Counted from the first letter of the stretch, positions 26,290 through 41,080 are shown. The stretch: 64,000 nucleotides of DNA from Antedon mediterranea (GCF_964355755.1 NC_092677.1:13290101-13354100); one strand, 5' to 3'. Numbers and translations are program-made. Notes: generated by a model from the sequence alone, not told the origin.

Positions 26290-29200
26290 GTAGGCCTAAA
26301 CTGAATAAAGTTAACTATAACTCTAAAATATTAACATATTAAAAACTATAAGTTTTAAAAGTAAGAATAAACAATTTTATTGCAATAGTGTACGTACAAA
26401 AAGAAAAAAAATTTAAAAAAAAATTTGATAGTTGACGATTCTATGGAACAAAGTAATGTATTGTACTACTATTGAAAATCATTTATTTGTAATATGAATA
26501 ATATTAATAATTGTATTTAGGCAACTGAAAAAAAAAATTCAAAGAGGCATATTGTACTTCAAACATTGCTTTCAATTTCATCAAGAATTGATTAAAAAGT
26601 AAGAGTTTTTTCCAAAGAGGAGATGCAATATAAAGATAAGGGGTGTCTACTGTTACTAATTCTTGGTATTTATAAGGATACACTTTTAGAAGTGTACGCA
26701 GTGCACATATGCATTATGGTACATAGAACCAACAGCTTTACATCTCAATTGGAGGACAAGTCAACAAGTTTATTAAGCATCTTATCAGAAAAGTTTTAAA
26801 CTTGTTCTTTCTCATATTGCGCCACGCTGCTCTTGTTACCATGGATGTAAATATGCCGGGAATGAGTATCCACCTTCAAAATATACAACCCCAAAGCCTA
26901 TTTATTTCAAAGCCTCCATCCAGGCAACACAGAAACCCCACCAAGATAAATTCTTGATACATGAAAATACTATTTATATTTGTCTACCCACACTTAGCAC
27001 CCATTCATAGAATTTTAACTACAATTAACCCTGTCCTATCAAACACTTAAACAGCCTCAGATTCTGCATGACAATTAATTAAATTTACATAGTAAAAGTC
27101 ATGAACAACCAGCACTTTAAATCATCCACGTTGCTTTTTCAAACAATATGTAGATAGAGTAAAATCTCTGATTGACAAAAGCTGACATTTCAAATATCAC
27201 TGTGAATTATGTTTATACATTAGGTTAAGGTTATTCCAATGTATTATATTTATTCATAATATGAATTGATATCAATATTACTTACTGTATATATCGCATT
27301 ACACTCATCAGATTACCAATTTCATTTATGTCTTAACTTTATATAATTTGGAACGAAGCATTTGGAATTAACAAGTTCCAGAGTTTTTGATGTGGGATGC
27401 ATGAGCAACTGGCCTTAACAAAAATTCAAATTAATAGTATAATTTAATAATAGCATTTGTTGAAAAGTTTGATGTGATATGATTGTTTCTATCCTGTGTG
27501 CAAGCCTTGCATACAGATGCATAAGTTTTAGCCCAGGATCTGACAACTTTTAAAAGTATAAAATTATATGATTATGTGTAATCAAATAGGTTAGAAAAAG
27601 TTTAAGGAGTAGACTAGCAACAGCCTAAAATATGACATACAGTAGTATATCTTTCAAAACTATTATTTAATATAATATAAAATACTGATTTAAATAAAAC
27701 ATTAAACAGGACAACATAAATCAGATATTTAATTTAAATACGTGTATTTTAAAATATGGTTTAGTTTTTATAACTAAATAAATAATTTCTTTGTAAATTT
27801 CTTCTAATTTTGAATTCATGGTTCATATAAGAATCTGCAACACAGGTACAGTGGTGCGTGGATGAGTAGAAGGCGCGATTTGATACTGGCATCCGATTGG
27901 TTGATGTGAAGCAGCCATATATATATATATATATATATTCTACTCAGGTACAAAACATATCTCGAAATTGTTAACAATTTTGACAATAAAGTTATCTTGT
28001 ATCTTGTATCTTTGTATATATTGTGGTCCCTTTCTCTCAATTAACAAAATTGTTAGAAAGTTTTGTTGAAAGAAGTATCTTATTCTTTTTGTGACAAAAA
28101 TAGTTTTCAATTGCTCTTGTCAAAACACATGTCACACATTGATCGATAAATATATGGAGGCAACCCTGAGTAACAGTTGATTATACGCTGTACCCTAATA
28201 TAGCAAATTAGTACTGATATTAAACATAACAAATTCATCCGCTGTCATCCGATTACCGGAAACGCAACCCTCTACTTTTGGGTTTCCATAATAAGTTTGC
28301 TTACTTTCTTTCGTCGATGTCAAATGTAATTATGTGAACAGCTTATGACATCTGTCCAAATCTGGGCGATAATACAATTTTATCAAATATCTTGCAGATT
28401 AATTTGTTCTTTACATTAAATCGCGAATGACCAAAAGTGTTCACAATGGTACAAATGATTTGGAAAAGAGGTCAAAAGAATTTATATATCACCAAATTAT
28501 AATTCTGTTCTTGCATATTTTTCCACCTCTAATTTAGGATAAATTCAAACACAAAACTTAGGTAAATTAATTCCATTAAAATGCAAAGCTAGTACACCTG
28601 ATAGTCTTCCATCCTAAAAATTCCCCCAAATTTCATAACTAGGTTTCCCCAGTCCTATACCACAATTGTAGTTTTTTTTCTGAAAATTATTGTTTAACGT
28701 AACCAATAGTGATTGTAACATGAAAACCATTAAGTAACCTGGCCTACCCGACGTTTCTCAAAATGTATGCTATCGCATGCACAAGTTCAAATTTACTACT
28801 GATGAAGGTTTCTTAAAAAAAGAAATGTCTACGTACAACATCAACCGTAACTGACAGAAAAATCGTATCTTATCACAATATAATGGTATACATGAAAATC
28901 CAATACAAGACATGTAAATCAGGTAAAAAACGATGCATACATTAACACATACGTATGACGTACATTAAGAATGCATTAAGACATGTGTATCAGAAACGTA
29001 TTTATAAGACAAAATAACAATTTATCCTAATATATCCCAGAATAAAATATCAAATATTTGTTAATTGTTAATTCTTATTATTTTCTGATTTAACTTGATA
29101 AATTATTGGTGGGTGTTGGATCCATGTTACTTTTAAAACATTTCAATTTTTTGTTGACCGTATTGACTGTGTCAAGGTTCAATAACCACGACTGTATTGT

Positions 29201-32200
29201 AACCACTAGAGAGGCGTACTACATCTTTCAATAAAAAACGTAGCATTTTCTATAGTTATTATAAATTCGTCGTTGTTTTTTTTTTTCAACTTCACATCAT
29301 CAAAACAGTATATATCTGAAAAATTATTTGCATAGTATCAACATAACAAGCCAAATTAAGTAGTTTTTCACATTTTCTAGAATGTTTTTAACAATACAAA
29401 ATTAAAACGCAAAATATTATTATATAAACATTTATTACTTACTGAATTGGTGACGAAACAGTCACAGTGAAAAAACTGCGTATTAACAAAGTAGGGCAGT
29501 ACTGTACTATACGATAACTTCTATCTGTTAATACATCAAATAAGCAAGTACGCAATGTATTCCCACCGCCTTCTGGTTTCATGACCGGTAGTGAACTTAA
29601 GCATGATGTGAAACTTTTAACATGAACATGATATAAATTATAACCTTTAATAAGTGCAATCACTAATAGGTGTTACATTGACACGAAGGAAACATGAAGA
29701 ATGGTAAAATAATAATAATGTTATTAAATACAGAAACAGTTTTATTTTTATTCATTTTAACAATTATATCTCATATCATGTTTTAGGCAGCGTAAAGCCA
29801 TAAACTAATCAAGATTGATCAATGGAGGCATGGTGGTCATCTTTCATGTGGTCCCATGTTTTTATTATTATAGTCCATCTTATTATGATTAAACATCTAT
29901 AGCACTGGTGTGGTTAAAAGCCCTGCCTTGCATTAAACCCTAGATTAGTTGGGCTGGAGGAATTATTACATTTCGGGTAACATTCATCACAAGACTTTAA
30001 TCACATGCGCAAACACAACCAGCGCGTCGCATTACCTCCAGCGCGTCACATTACCTCAAGGTCAGCACAGGTTGTAAGTATTTTACGCAAAAGCTTGCTA
30101 GGTCTAGACTCAGGCACTCTTAGATTAATGTTACAATAAAAAAACATTTTTAAATCTCGGTATATATTGAAAACATTCCATGTACTTCCTATGTATAGGT
30201 AAAAATTGGTTCATATAATTAAACATTAAATTATAATAGTTTTGTCTACCAATAACAACCCACATCCAAAAATTACTGGTATATAACCATGTTGATATGT
30301 AAACAAATTTAAATAAAAAGTTCAAAACACCACTTTAACACCCAATTTCAATGTGCAAAAATATGTTATCCATGATTTGTTTTGTTGAAACGTTATTATC
30401 TTAATTACATATAGAGATAAATTACGCGCAAATTGTGTAAACGTACGCATGAAATTCATTCGGAATTACATACAGAATACAAGGGAATAAGTACATTTTT
30501 TCTGCAGCTTAAAATCGCTTGCTTCTACCATGCCGATCATCACAGAATTGATTAGCATAAATATGGGTGAGTCTAAGGTCATTAAATCTGACATACGTGG
30601 CAATGATGTCAAAAGCACATAGAAGAATGACTATCAAGTGGTGTTCAGTCAAACATGACATGAAAAGCAATCCGAATTGGACGCATAATCGACAGCCATC
30701 TTGGAAAAATCGTATTTACATTTTACAGATGATTTGTAGGTTTTGAGACATGCTGTTTTTTGAAAGAATGTTGATTTTTGTATGTTTGATAATTATTCGT
30801 GTTTAGTTGTATTATCATTCCCATAGATAATAAATAAAATAATAATCTATTTGGGTAATTAATGTTTAAAGTATTATTAATTTAATTTTAATATGTTATT
30901 CATTTATTTATCTTTATTTAACCTTTTTAGTCAAAGACTGGTCTCCCAGATGGCCAAGTTATGATCAGTGGCTGTGTGTCTTAAATCACAATGCAATGTT
31001 TTACATTGTAGTGTAAATACAACAAAACTCCTACTTATTCCAATGGGTCGTTGATGCGACTGTAATAATTCTATAATACATACAGTACAAAAACAATTAC
31101 AAAATATATAACATACTGTAGGTAAAAATGCTGTACTATAATACACAATTTGTTATCTACGGTAAGTTATATATTGTAAAGATCAGTTTGTTCGATATCG
31201 TATTCATCGTCTATTTCAGATTTCGAGTTAGTCTGAAAGACGGATCAACTTAACCATGAAGTTAAATTGTAAGCAATGGTAACCCTTTTCTCCAGTAATC
31301 TCTCTAGCGCATCTAACCAGCCAACTCCTGTAGTGGCACTATACAAAGGATCCTGAAACCAGGACAAACTCGATTACAAATTTCATCATGTCATAAATGA
31401 GATTACTGTAGTACATTTGTACATTATGATATGACATAAAACTGGAATATGCTATGTACCTATGACAAGGCCCAAATCAAAGATTTTGTTTGTTTCTTTA
31501 AAGTAGAAAACTACAAATGGTATGAAATCGTATTTTAACTATCAGGATATTGATTTCAAGAATACAGTACTTTCGCTTTAATCATAATAACAAAGATGGC
31601 GTGAAAAAAAGAAAAAAAAAATCGCAAAATTTGATAAGGACGTTGATGGCAGCCTTAGCATTAGAGTATTCGGTTTAATAATTTTAAATATAGATTACCA
31701 AATGTAAACATATTTCAAACGTTTTTATTATGATTTTCTACAGTGATACAAAACAAATGCACTAATGTATGCCAGTACAAGGTACGTTAAAGCATGAATT
31801 GGAACTGCTGAAAATATGTACAAAAGTCATAATAATAGTGAAGAAAAGCTGTCTGTTAACAAAAACATGATGAATGATCTGTAAAGTATGGTAAAATTCC
31901 AAGGTTTATCAAGTTAAATCTTAAAGAGTTACAAACAATGTAAAGTTGACCGAATTCCTCAAGTGATATTACATAACTAAATTAGAAGCAACCTATTGCT
32001 CAGGATATAAACAGTTTGCTGTTCATTGATAAAGATACAACAATACAAGAGTCTTTGGTCCAGTCAGCTTGGAATAAAGTCCAATCTTTCAGAATCTAAA
32101 GGCGATTCTATTACCATCATCAGGCTAAGTTGAGAATTGTCTTGACAATGATAATGACAATTTTTTCATTTATTTGAACGAAAAGGAGAAAAAGCAAATG

Positions 32201-34403
32201 CTTATAAAAGAAAGAACCCCATTTAAATACCAATTTCATTAAATAGATAAAAATCCGCTCTTAAATAATAATTGCAAAAGGTTTTCCAACAAAATACAAC
32301 ACATACTATAATAATATGCAAATAAATTTAAAATTTGTATTAAATTCATAATTAGTTGACTTTTACATTTTTAAAAACTTGGTAACACACTTTTTATTAA
32401 GCAAACAATCTTGTAGGCAATAAGGAAGTAGGATGAGTCTCTTGCAGACTTAGTACTATGAATATTGTACAATTGCAATGTAGTTATTATTATGTTAAAA
32501 CGTAAAAACTCTATATTAATTAGTGTAGAGTATACAATAAAAGGTATATCTATTTATAGCAATTAATAAATAGAACAGAATGGTCAATTATGAACTTGAT
32601 TCTATTATAAATCCTGAACCATATCAGAAGGTCAACAAGTAATAACGGTTTAGCATCAATAAGTAATGTCTTTAACACCATGTATAGTTTACTATGGAAG
32701 TAATTGAAAGAAAAAAAAACATCAGGAACGAGAAGTCAGGGCAAAGTTCATGGACATGTACAGCAAAAGATATGAAGATACAACCGAAGAAATCTGGTAG
32801 TTGAAAAAAGTGAAAACCAACAAGAAATGTGGCAGAGTGGGTTTTTGGAACTGGGTCATTGTACCAATTGAACTACCTCCTACCCTATTCCATTTTGCTC
32901 CTCCCCTATTCCATTTTGCAAACTAGAAACAACAATGAAATTTACAGCCTCACTAATTTATTTCTTACACTCCAACACCCCGGTAAACATTATAAAGCTG
33001 TTTTTTAGAACAATAAATAAAAAATATTACAACATAATTATTATGTTAAATAGCATGTTCTAAATATTGAATAAAAAAATAAATTAAAAAAAAACACATT
33101 TAGTTTATGTTAAAATGTTTGGTTTAAACATGTCTTTCATTTTACAAATCAATGTACTGGTGGTGCTACAGTACAGTACGAGTACAACGTGAAAGAAATC
33201 CACCTCTCAAACAAAGAAGTAGATTCATGACATAATCAATGCATGTATAGACCACCGACACACAACAGTTTGTTCCTTTACGTATAAAACAAAAGTCTCA
33301 AACTTGACCTAATTCCAGAATCCACGCTCAAGAAGGTGGGCTTATCAAGTTAGTACTATCACAACTGTAATGTGCTGTAAATATATGGAAAGTAAAAACT
33401 AAAAGAAAACTATAGAGGGCTCACATTCCACAAAGCTTTATTGATACAAAAATACTTCAAACTTGCAAACAAATTCTGCTTTAGGAGACAGCCACAATCA
33501 AAACACCTGTTGATGTCATTCTATGTATTACATATTTTTTGTATTCCTTGAAAATAGAAAAAATCAACCCAGTCCATCTAAAAATAAAAGTTTGAATAAA
33601 GCAATTGAATGTCACATCAAACTTTGTACACAATAAATCAGATATCTTGGCAGATTTATGTCCATACTAGGTTAAAAATATGAAGGGCACCCAGGCCGTT
33701 TTTGTCACAATATACATGAGATATTAATCAGAGGACCCAAGGGATGTAACCTGATACTGCCGCTCAATTATGGTCAGTCAGTTTGCTGCAGTTAGTAACC
33801 AGGATACCTGCTGCATAATACATGTAGGCCTAGATTTCAGACTGTTGATATATGGCCACTAAGGGTATTAGGAGGTAACATGACCCCCATACCAGGTATT
33901 CATTTGGGCTAAAGAGTGTCACCCAGACAGCGTTTTGTTTGTAAATCAAAGTTTACATTTTTGATAGAAAAATATGATTTTTACTTCTTGACATGCCCTT
34001 GTGTGTTACAAACTGGTTATCTCATAAATCAATATTTTGATAAAATAATGAATTTCGGGTGATGACTTTTAGTTTAATAACCTATTTGTTTTGTTTTTTT
34101 TCTGATCATAGTGTTTTAAACGATTTCAAACTAACTTAACAGTTCCATAGCCATAAGAAATTAAGTGGTTCTGTGATCGCAAGAAAAAGTAACAATCCTC
34201 TGTACGGGCCACAGGGTTGTCAAAAAGTGGTCAGGTTGAAACCTTACCAACTATTGGTAGCTATGTCTGTAGTTTTGTGTGTGTTCACAATATTCAAATG
34301 ATACGATAACAAGTTTACAAGTTAATTTCTTCAAATAAAGCCTCATTCTCACTTGAAGTAAACTACTTTTATAAAATGAAATAATACAAATAAACACACA
34401 TAC

Positions 34404-34541
34404 TTTGGGACACTTTTATAAGGACAGTTTTTTGTGAAATAATTGGTCAACACCTTGGTCAACACCTTGGTCAACACCTTGGTCAACACCTAGTCATGGG
34501 ACACTTTGTTGGGTCACAAACATGTCCCTTAATATGTGGTT
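34404..34541 (-). mobile_element. MITE family C fragment with an internal 12-bp x4 repeat
   Basis: GGGACACTTT motifs and ACTTTGTTGGGT.ACAAA shared with 4899-5030; TTGGTCAACACC x4 at 34443-34490. Confidence 0.55.
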
Positions 34542-36149
34542 ATAAATTAAATCTTTCCTAAATGTTTTTATTTATGTTTGTGGTTATTTTTTTTTACAGA
34601 GGAAGAAAATTTTTTTTTTAAATGTTTCCTCAATTAATTATTTTTTGCTTATAACAAATTGAATACTATTTTTTATCTTTTTTTATAAATATTCAAAATA
34701 ATTCAAAATATTATAGTTTTATTAAAAATTTGTTCGTTTTATTTTTTATATCATTTTACCTCTAAAACTTCTGTCGGTTCAGTGACGGAAATAATCGATT
34801 ATTAAATAATCTAATGACGTAAACGATTTATAAAAAATAATTAAAGAACTTTCATTGTCAACTGAATGAGGGTTTATGTCGAGTTCTGATGACTTAGGAA
34901 AGATTTATTTAAGAAAATATTTTACAAGCTACAAGACAATGTCACAATGTAATAACTTATTTTCAATATGAAACATTTTTTTATAGATTACCCTTGGTTA
35001 TAATAATAAGAATTCCTAAAACTAATGTCAAAAGTTCAAATCATGATCGATAGAGTTCATGGAACTCAACATTTTGTAACAACTGTTGAATGAAGTTAAA
35101 TGGAAAAATGAACAAGTAAAGATTATATAGCTATTCAATACAATTCATAAAGTAGGATGGGCCAATTTATAAATCTATGTCACAAATTCCTTGAGTTTTT
35201 GCTTCAAGGAATTAGTAGTTTGTACAGTTATCCACTTTTTGTGTAGAGTATTTAGGCAAATGCCATAATAAATTGTCAAATATTACAGGAAAACTCCTAA
35301 TTACAGCGCAAGCTAAACCTTAGAAAAAAATCCCATAATACAAAATTGTAGCATGTGACGAACATTTGGCTTGCAGTTACTGAACAAATTATGATATGAA
35401 AAATCGGGTGAAAAAATAAATTTGATTGACAAGCAATTGACGCAAATGTCAGTTGAAGGTCACAGATTCACGAGACTTATAATGATCAGTGCATTCTTCA
35501 AAACATACTTTACATCAGCACTTATTCAATTGATAGTCACTTTATTTAATAAAATGTGATATATTGCATCAAACATACACTTTCTTATATGATATACTGA
35601 TATACCCAGGCTGTCTGCTGACTAAAAGTCTAAGCCACCATCTTAAGGGTTTATACTGACGCAAGATCAGCCTAGGATCAACACACGATGGCTTAAAAAC
35701 TGCCATAAATCTACTTTAAACAATTTCATTATAAATCCCTTTCCCAACAGCTCATTTGCGCCCCTATCTTTAAACTTCTCTCCTTGACGCACTTCATACT
35801 TCCAGCATAAAAGTTCAATGTTAGAAATAAATTCCATTTCAACGCAAAAGAAAAGTTAGTAAGTTAATTAAATGAAATAACTTGCATATAAAAAAACAAG
35901 GCGGAAAAAAAAAACATGTTAAAGGTTTAAAAAATGCTTTTTTACAAGACTTTTTTTAGACACTAATTAGCTCACTAATTCAGGTGAACTAGACTTGCCA
36001 CACAATTTCAAGATTTGTCAAGAAGTGTCAAATCATGTCTGCTTGCCATTTTTCAAGCCGACATGCTTTGTACATCCATGGCAGGACCAGTTCACCAAAA
36101 GAACACATACTTGTGTTGAAAAATGTGGAAAGAGCAAATTCTAAGACAG

Positions 36150-36475
36150 CACCATGGAGCAAGCGAGCCATAAACCAGTGCCAATATGCATTACTGGTTC
36201 AAAGGAACTCTACACCACTTCAACTGCTCTGCCAACCAACATTTTAATGAACATCTACTGAAAATATTTCTGGTAGTCAATCCTCTACTATTTTCGAAGT
36301 GTGTACTGCAACATGCACAGGAGCCATGTTAAATGGGACCAACTGCTCATTCCAACCCATCAGTTGGAACACAAGGAGAGCACAGATAGGATTCGAACCA
36401 TGGGCCAAAGGAAACCTGTGGCATTTTACTGTGCACTGCACAACACAGTGACTACCACCAGTTTAGCCAACTGTG
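36150..36475 (-). mobile_element. tRNA-derived SINE with a Deu/Nin-like core
   Basis: Minus strand: A box TGGCTAAACTGG (36458-36469), B box GGTTCGAATCC (36389-36399), then GTTGGTCCC...GTGCATGTT...CACTTCGAAAATAGTAGAGG. The 3' boundary is uncertain. Confidence 0.6.
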
Positions 36476-36645
36476 ATAATATACTGCTAGTCTAGTATGG
36501 TGCTCTAGTATGGACATCTGCCATGCCTATGCTAAAGAAACAATGTTTTCACTAGTTCTCTAAACAGAACAATACTTTATCCACCATCAAAACCAACTTA
36601 AAACTATTGTACCATATGTATGTTATGCGTTAAAAGTTGAATTAA

Positions 36646-36947
36646 AGCCTGTTTTTCACTAGGTGAATTTATCAAAATTAATCAAAATCAATGGCTTTCT
36701 GAAACAAATTCTTGTTCCTTGAAGTTTTCGATTCAGCAAAATTAGTAGTTTGAATAGTTTTTACTTTTGTGTGAGACAAAAAGTTATGAAACAAAAATGA
36801 GTTGAGGAAATGAGTTTATCATGTGCTCAAGATCACTAATGCAGACACCCAGAAGAAATAAAATGCGTACTAGTACTGTAGGTAAAGGGTAGCATACTTT
36901 GTTTTCCTCTGCTGGCGACATTGCATTTGTCTAGTGGAAAACAAGCT
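36646..36947. mobile_element. Harbinger-like MITE (~300 bp)
   Basis: 17-bp TIR AGCCTGTTTTTCACTAG / CTAGTGGAAAACAAGCT (2 mismatches), flanked by TAA and TTA. Confidence 0.6.
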
Positions 36948-38004
36948 TTATGAGATGCCATGCTTACTTACTTATACTAGCTACTCAACTCCACAGTTCA
37001 ATATGTACTGATACTAATGCAACTTTTACAAGACATTCAGGAGCTTCTTTAGGCTTGGTTTCCACTACAAAACAGACATGCAACATATTGAGGCAAAGCT
37101 GGGGACATAGTGCAATTGCTTTGCCAATCACAATGGAAACTCATCAAACAACATTGCTCCAAGCAAGCTTTTCACATTCGTTTTCAACAGACCTTGTGTC
37201 ATTCGAGATATAAGCAATTTCAAATCATGCAACACAAGAGGCCAGCGCAACAGACAATCTATGACAACACACGCTCAAACCATGACCGAAAAACATGTAT
37301 GTCGTGTAGTATCAATTAACATGGTTTGCTTAGATCATAAAGGTTAGTTAAACTGTGTCAGTGATGTTACTTTTCTACTTCATATGTTCTTCAAATATTT
37401 TACATCATTAAAAAAAGTCTTCTTTTTTACTTATATATGTATATGCAAAGTGCACAAAGTCCAAGTTGTAAATTAAATTTGTGCTGATAATGTGTGGGTG
37501 TTTATTTCATTCATTAATGTAATCTTTTTTAATGTCATTTGTGTACAATACAATAGAATATACAAAATACATCAAATAGAAACAATACATAATGTAATTC
37601 TGGACAAAGTCTAATCATTCTTGTAGTGCTCAACAATGTTCACAGTGCCATAATAGTATCTGAATAAAAGTTTATTTATTCAAAATTTCTGCAGAAGTCC
37701 AAAAGGAAACCATGAGCCAATGGCCCAACACAGAAGTGGAAAACTTCTGTAACCTATTTGTACAAGCAATGATGTAGAACCTTACTTATTCATAATTAAT
37801 AACAGGTAAGTGGTAGGCATTATTTGAAATATTGAATCAGAACGGCTTTGTGTTATTTTACACATTTTTTAAGGAATAAGAAAGTTTATTAAAGACAACC
37901 AATAATTATTTTCTAAACATTTTTTTACAATCAAACACAGTTATAGTATCTTATTTGCCTAAATAATAATAAAATAGTAGAGAAATAGTAGCTGTAGCAA
38001 TATA

Positions 38005-39445
38005 TAAAATGAACAATAAATGCTATAAAATGAACAAATCAAACCTTAAATAAACAAATCAAACATATAAAATGAACAAATTAAACTTATAAAATGAACA
38101 TTGAATTACACTTATAAAATGAACATATTAAACTTATACAATTAACAAAATAAACTTATAAATGAACAAATGAAATTTAGAAAACGAACAAATAAAACTT
38201 ATAAAAAAAAACTTAAACTTACAAAATGAATTTAGCATATAAATGAACAAATGAAATGACTAATAAATGGACAAATGAAACTAATAAATGAACAAATTAA
38301 ACTTATAAAAAATGATCACCTAATGAACAAATGAAACTTATAAATGAACAAATTAAACTTACAAATGAACAAATAAAACTTACAAATGAACAAATAAAAC
38401 TTATAAATGAACAAATTAAACTAATAAATGAACAGATTAAACTTATAAATGAACAAATTAAACTTATAAATGAACAAATGAAACTTATAAATGAACAAAT
38501 GAAACTTATAAATGAACAAATGAAACTTATAAATGAACAAATGAAACTTATAAATGAACAAATGAAACTTATAAATGAACAAATGAAACTTATAAATGAA
38601 CAAATAAAACTTATAAATGAACAAATAAAACTTATAAATGAACAAATAAAACTTATAAATGAACAAATTAAACTTATAAATGAACAAATAAAACTTATAA
38701 ATGAACAAATGAAACTTATAAATGAACAAATGAAACTTATAAGTGAACAAATGAAACTAATAAATGAACAAATGAAACTAATAAATGAACAAATTAAACT
38801 TATAAATGAACAAATGAAACTTATAAATGAACAAATGAAACTTATAAATGAACAAATGAAACTTATAAATGAACAAATGAAACTAATAAATGAACAAATG
38901 AAACTTACAAGTGAACAAATGAAACTTATAAATGAACAAATGAAACTTATAAATGAACCAATGAAACTTATAAATGAACAAATGAAACTTATAAATGAAC
39001 CAATGAAACTTATAAATGAACAAATGAAACTTATAAGTGAACAAATGAAACTTATAAATGAACAAATTAAGCATATAAATGAACAAATTAAACTTATAAA
39101 TGAACAAATGAAACTTATAAATGAACAAATGAAACTTATAAATGAACAAATGAAACTTATAAATGAACAAATGAAACTTATAAATGAACAAATGAAACTT
39201 ATAAATGAACAAATTAAACTTATAAATGAACCAATGAAACTTATAATTGAACAAATTAAGCATGAACAAATTAAACTTATAAAATTTATAAAATGAATAT
39301 ATCTAAAATGAACAAATTAAACTTACAAAATTAAGAAATGAAACTTACAAAATTAAGAAATGAAACTTATAAAATTAAGAAATGAAACTTATAAAATTAA
39401 GAAATGAAACTTATAAATGAACAAAGTAAACTTATACAATGAACA
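38005..39445. repeat. 21-bp minisatellite (AAATGAACAAATGAAACTTAT)n with degenerate 22-bp flanking units
   Basis: Homogeneous core ~38325-39260; degenerate edges; a 22-bp variant AAAATTAAGAAATGAAACTTA(C/T) x4 at ~39327-39415. It produces the 321-aa (MKLINEQ)n ORF. Confidence 0.97.
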
Positions 39446-39983
39446 TATTTTACCTATATAGGTATAACATGAAAATAGAAAGAACCAAGATAAAGTAAAT
39501 AAATAAATACTGCAAACTTGTAAACAACAATAAACCTGTGCACATTAAAAACATATCTGCAATGTCAACAAAATACACACAGTACCTTCTTCTTTACATA
39601 TATAGGTTTATGGCAATTCAAATTGTTGAAACCAGTGCAATTTATAAATCATCCGAAAAATGCTCCATTATGTATTTGTAGTAAAAATGTTCTTTTTATT
39701 ATACATTAATTCCTCCTAATACCTATGGCACCATCATCATGTTCATGCGATATAATAAAACATTTAAAATATCTATCAGAGACAAAACTTCAAAACGATA
39801 TACGATTTATTTTAATAAAACTGACAAGTTAGGCATTTGTATTTATATATTTTATATTTTCATCTTTTTAGCTTGTTTAACATCACCTCTATCAAATGTC
39901 ACTATTGTTATTAAGGCTTGTTTTGATACGAGATGACCATACAAGATGACCATAGGATGTTATCTGCTGATTGATGCTGCTGA

Positions 39984-40037
39984 CATTTCGAGACGGTCAG
40001 TCATTCCGAGACGGTCAGTCATTTCGAGACATTCAGT
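39984..40037. repeat. 18-bp x3 tandem repeat
   Basis: CATTTCGAGACGGTCAGT / CATTCCGAGACGGTCAGT / CATTTCGAGACATTCAGT. Confidence 0.8.
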
Positions 40038-41010
40038 CAAATAAAAGATGGTCAATTGCTCCTTTTTTAGGAATGGCTAACGTCTAATTAATGGCTAATA
40101 TTGCGAGACAGTAATATGTCAAAATAGTTTTCAGTTTAATATTTTATACTTTGAAAATCTGAACTAATAATGACCACTGTATCTATAACTGTAACTATTT
40201 CCTATAGATATAAAAATACATATTTTTATTTATTTTACTTATTTTTTAGAGTTACCTGAGAGCTATAGTATAAAAATAACTGGTATTGTAATTGGAATGT
40301 TTTAAACTACATTTCAAAACCGTCGTGAAGGGGTTGTGAATGGGATATCAATATGACCGGAATTCGTACTGGGAAAAAAATTACTAGAGTTGAGTGGGTA
40401 GGTGGGAGAGGCAAAAAAATTGCCAAATTTCAATCCTTTTATTTTTGGACACAATTGGTTACTATATCATAAATGACATGCGGAGAATCATATAATGTAT
40501 TCTGCACATGTAAATTATGATATAATAACCAGTTATGTAGAAAAATGGTCAAAATGTGGCCATTTTATGAAAAAGACACCTTCTTAAATATAAAGAAATA
40601 AGAAGAATAGATATAATATGCTACAATGACAATATAGTTCTCCAACAGGACAATGCACTGCAAAAAATTGTTCAGTAAATCATGTGCATTTATAATATAT
40701 AACATTTTCTTGAAATCAAACCCACAACAAAATCTTTAAAATGGTTATCACATTCACCTAATTCGCAACTTAACTAAAGGTTTTTTATGACGTCAAGTTA
40801 CTTATACCGAGACGCTGTTGATTTATGCTTCATATAAAGAATAACTGTCTGTTGCTTATTTGATTAAAAGTTTTCTCTTCAAACCAGACTACAAAAACAT
40901 TAGCGAATTATTTATATAACTGTTTCATTAGCACACAGTGTTTAGTGCGAAGACCGGGAAGTGTACAATATTACTTTAAATGAGTTGAGTGTTAGCTAGG
41001 CGTTGTAGAA

Positions 41011-41080
41011 CAGTGGCAGATCCAGGATTGAAATACTGTAGAGGGGTGGGGGGGGGGGGGGTCAGGACAGGGTCTAAACA
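41011..41080 (+). mobile_element. Possible hAT-type MITE terminus
   Basis: CAGTGGCAGATCCAGGATT followed by a G run resembles CAGTGGCGGATCCAG-type ends; no partner TIR found. Confidence 0.35.

Noticed and set aside
34886-34901. Hammerhead ribozyme core (CTGATGA...GAAA); similar words at 28799 and 59830
   Set aside because: Helices I and III cannot be formed around a cleavage triplet.
36389-36469. tRNA gene (also 52771-52825)
   Set aside because: A and B boxes are present but no cloverleaf or acceptor stem is evident, and SINE bodies follow.
38421-39269. Minus-strand (FIYKFHL)n ORFs
   Set aside because: Antisense readings of the 21-bp minisatellite.
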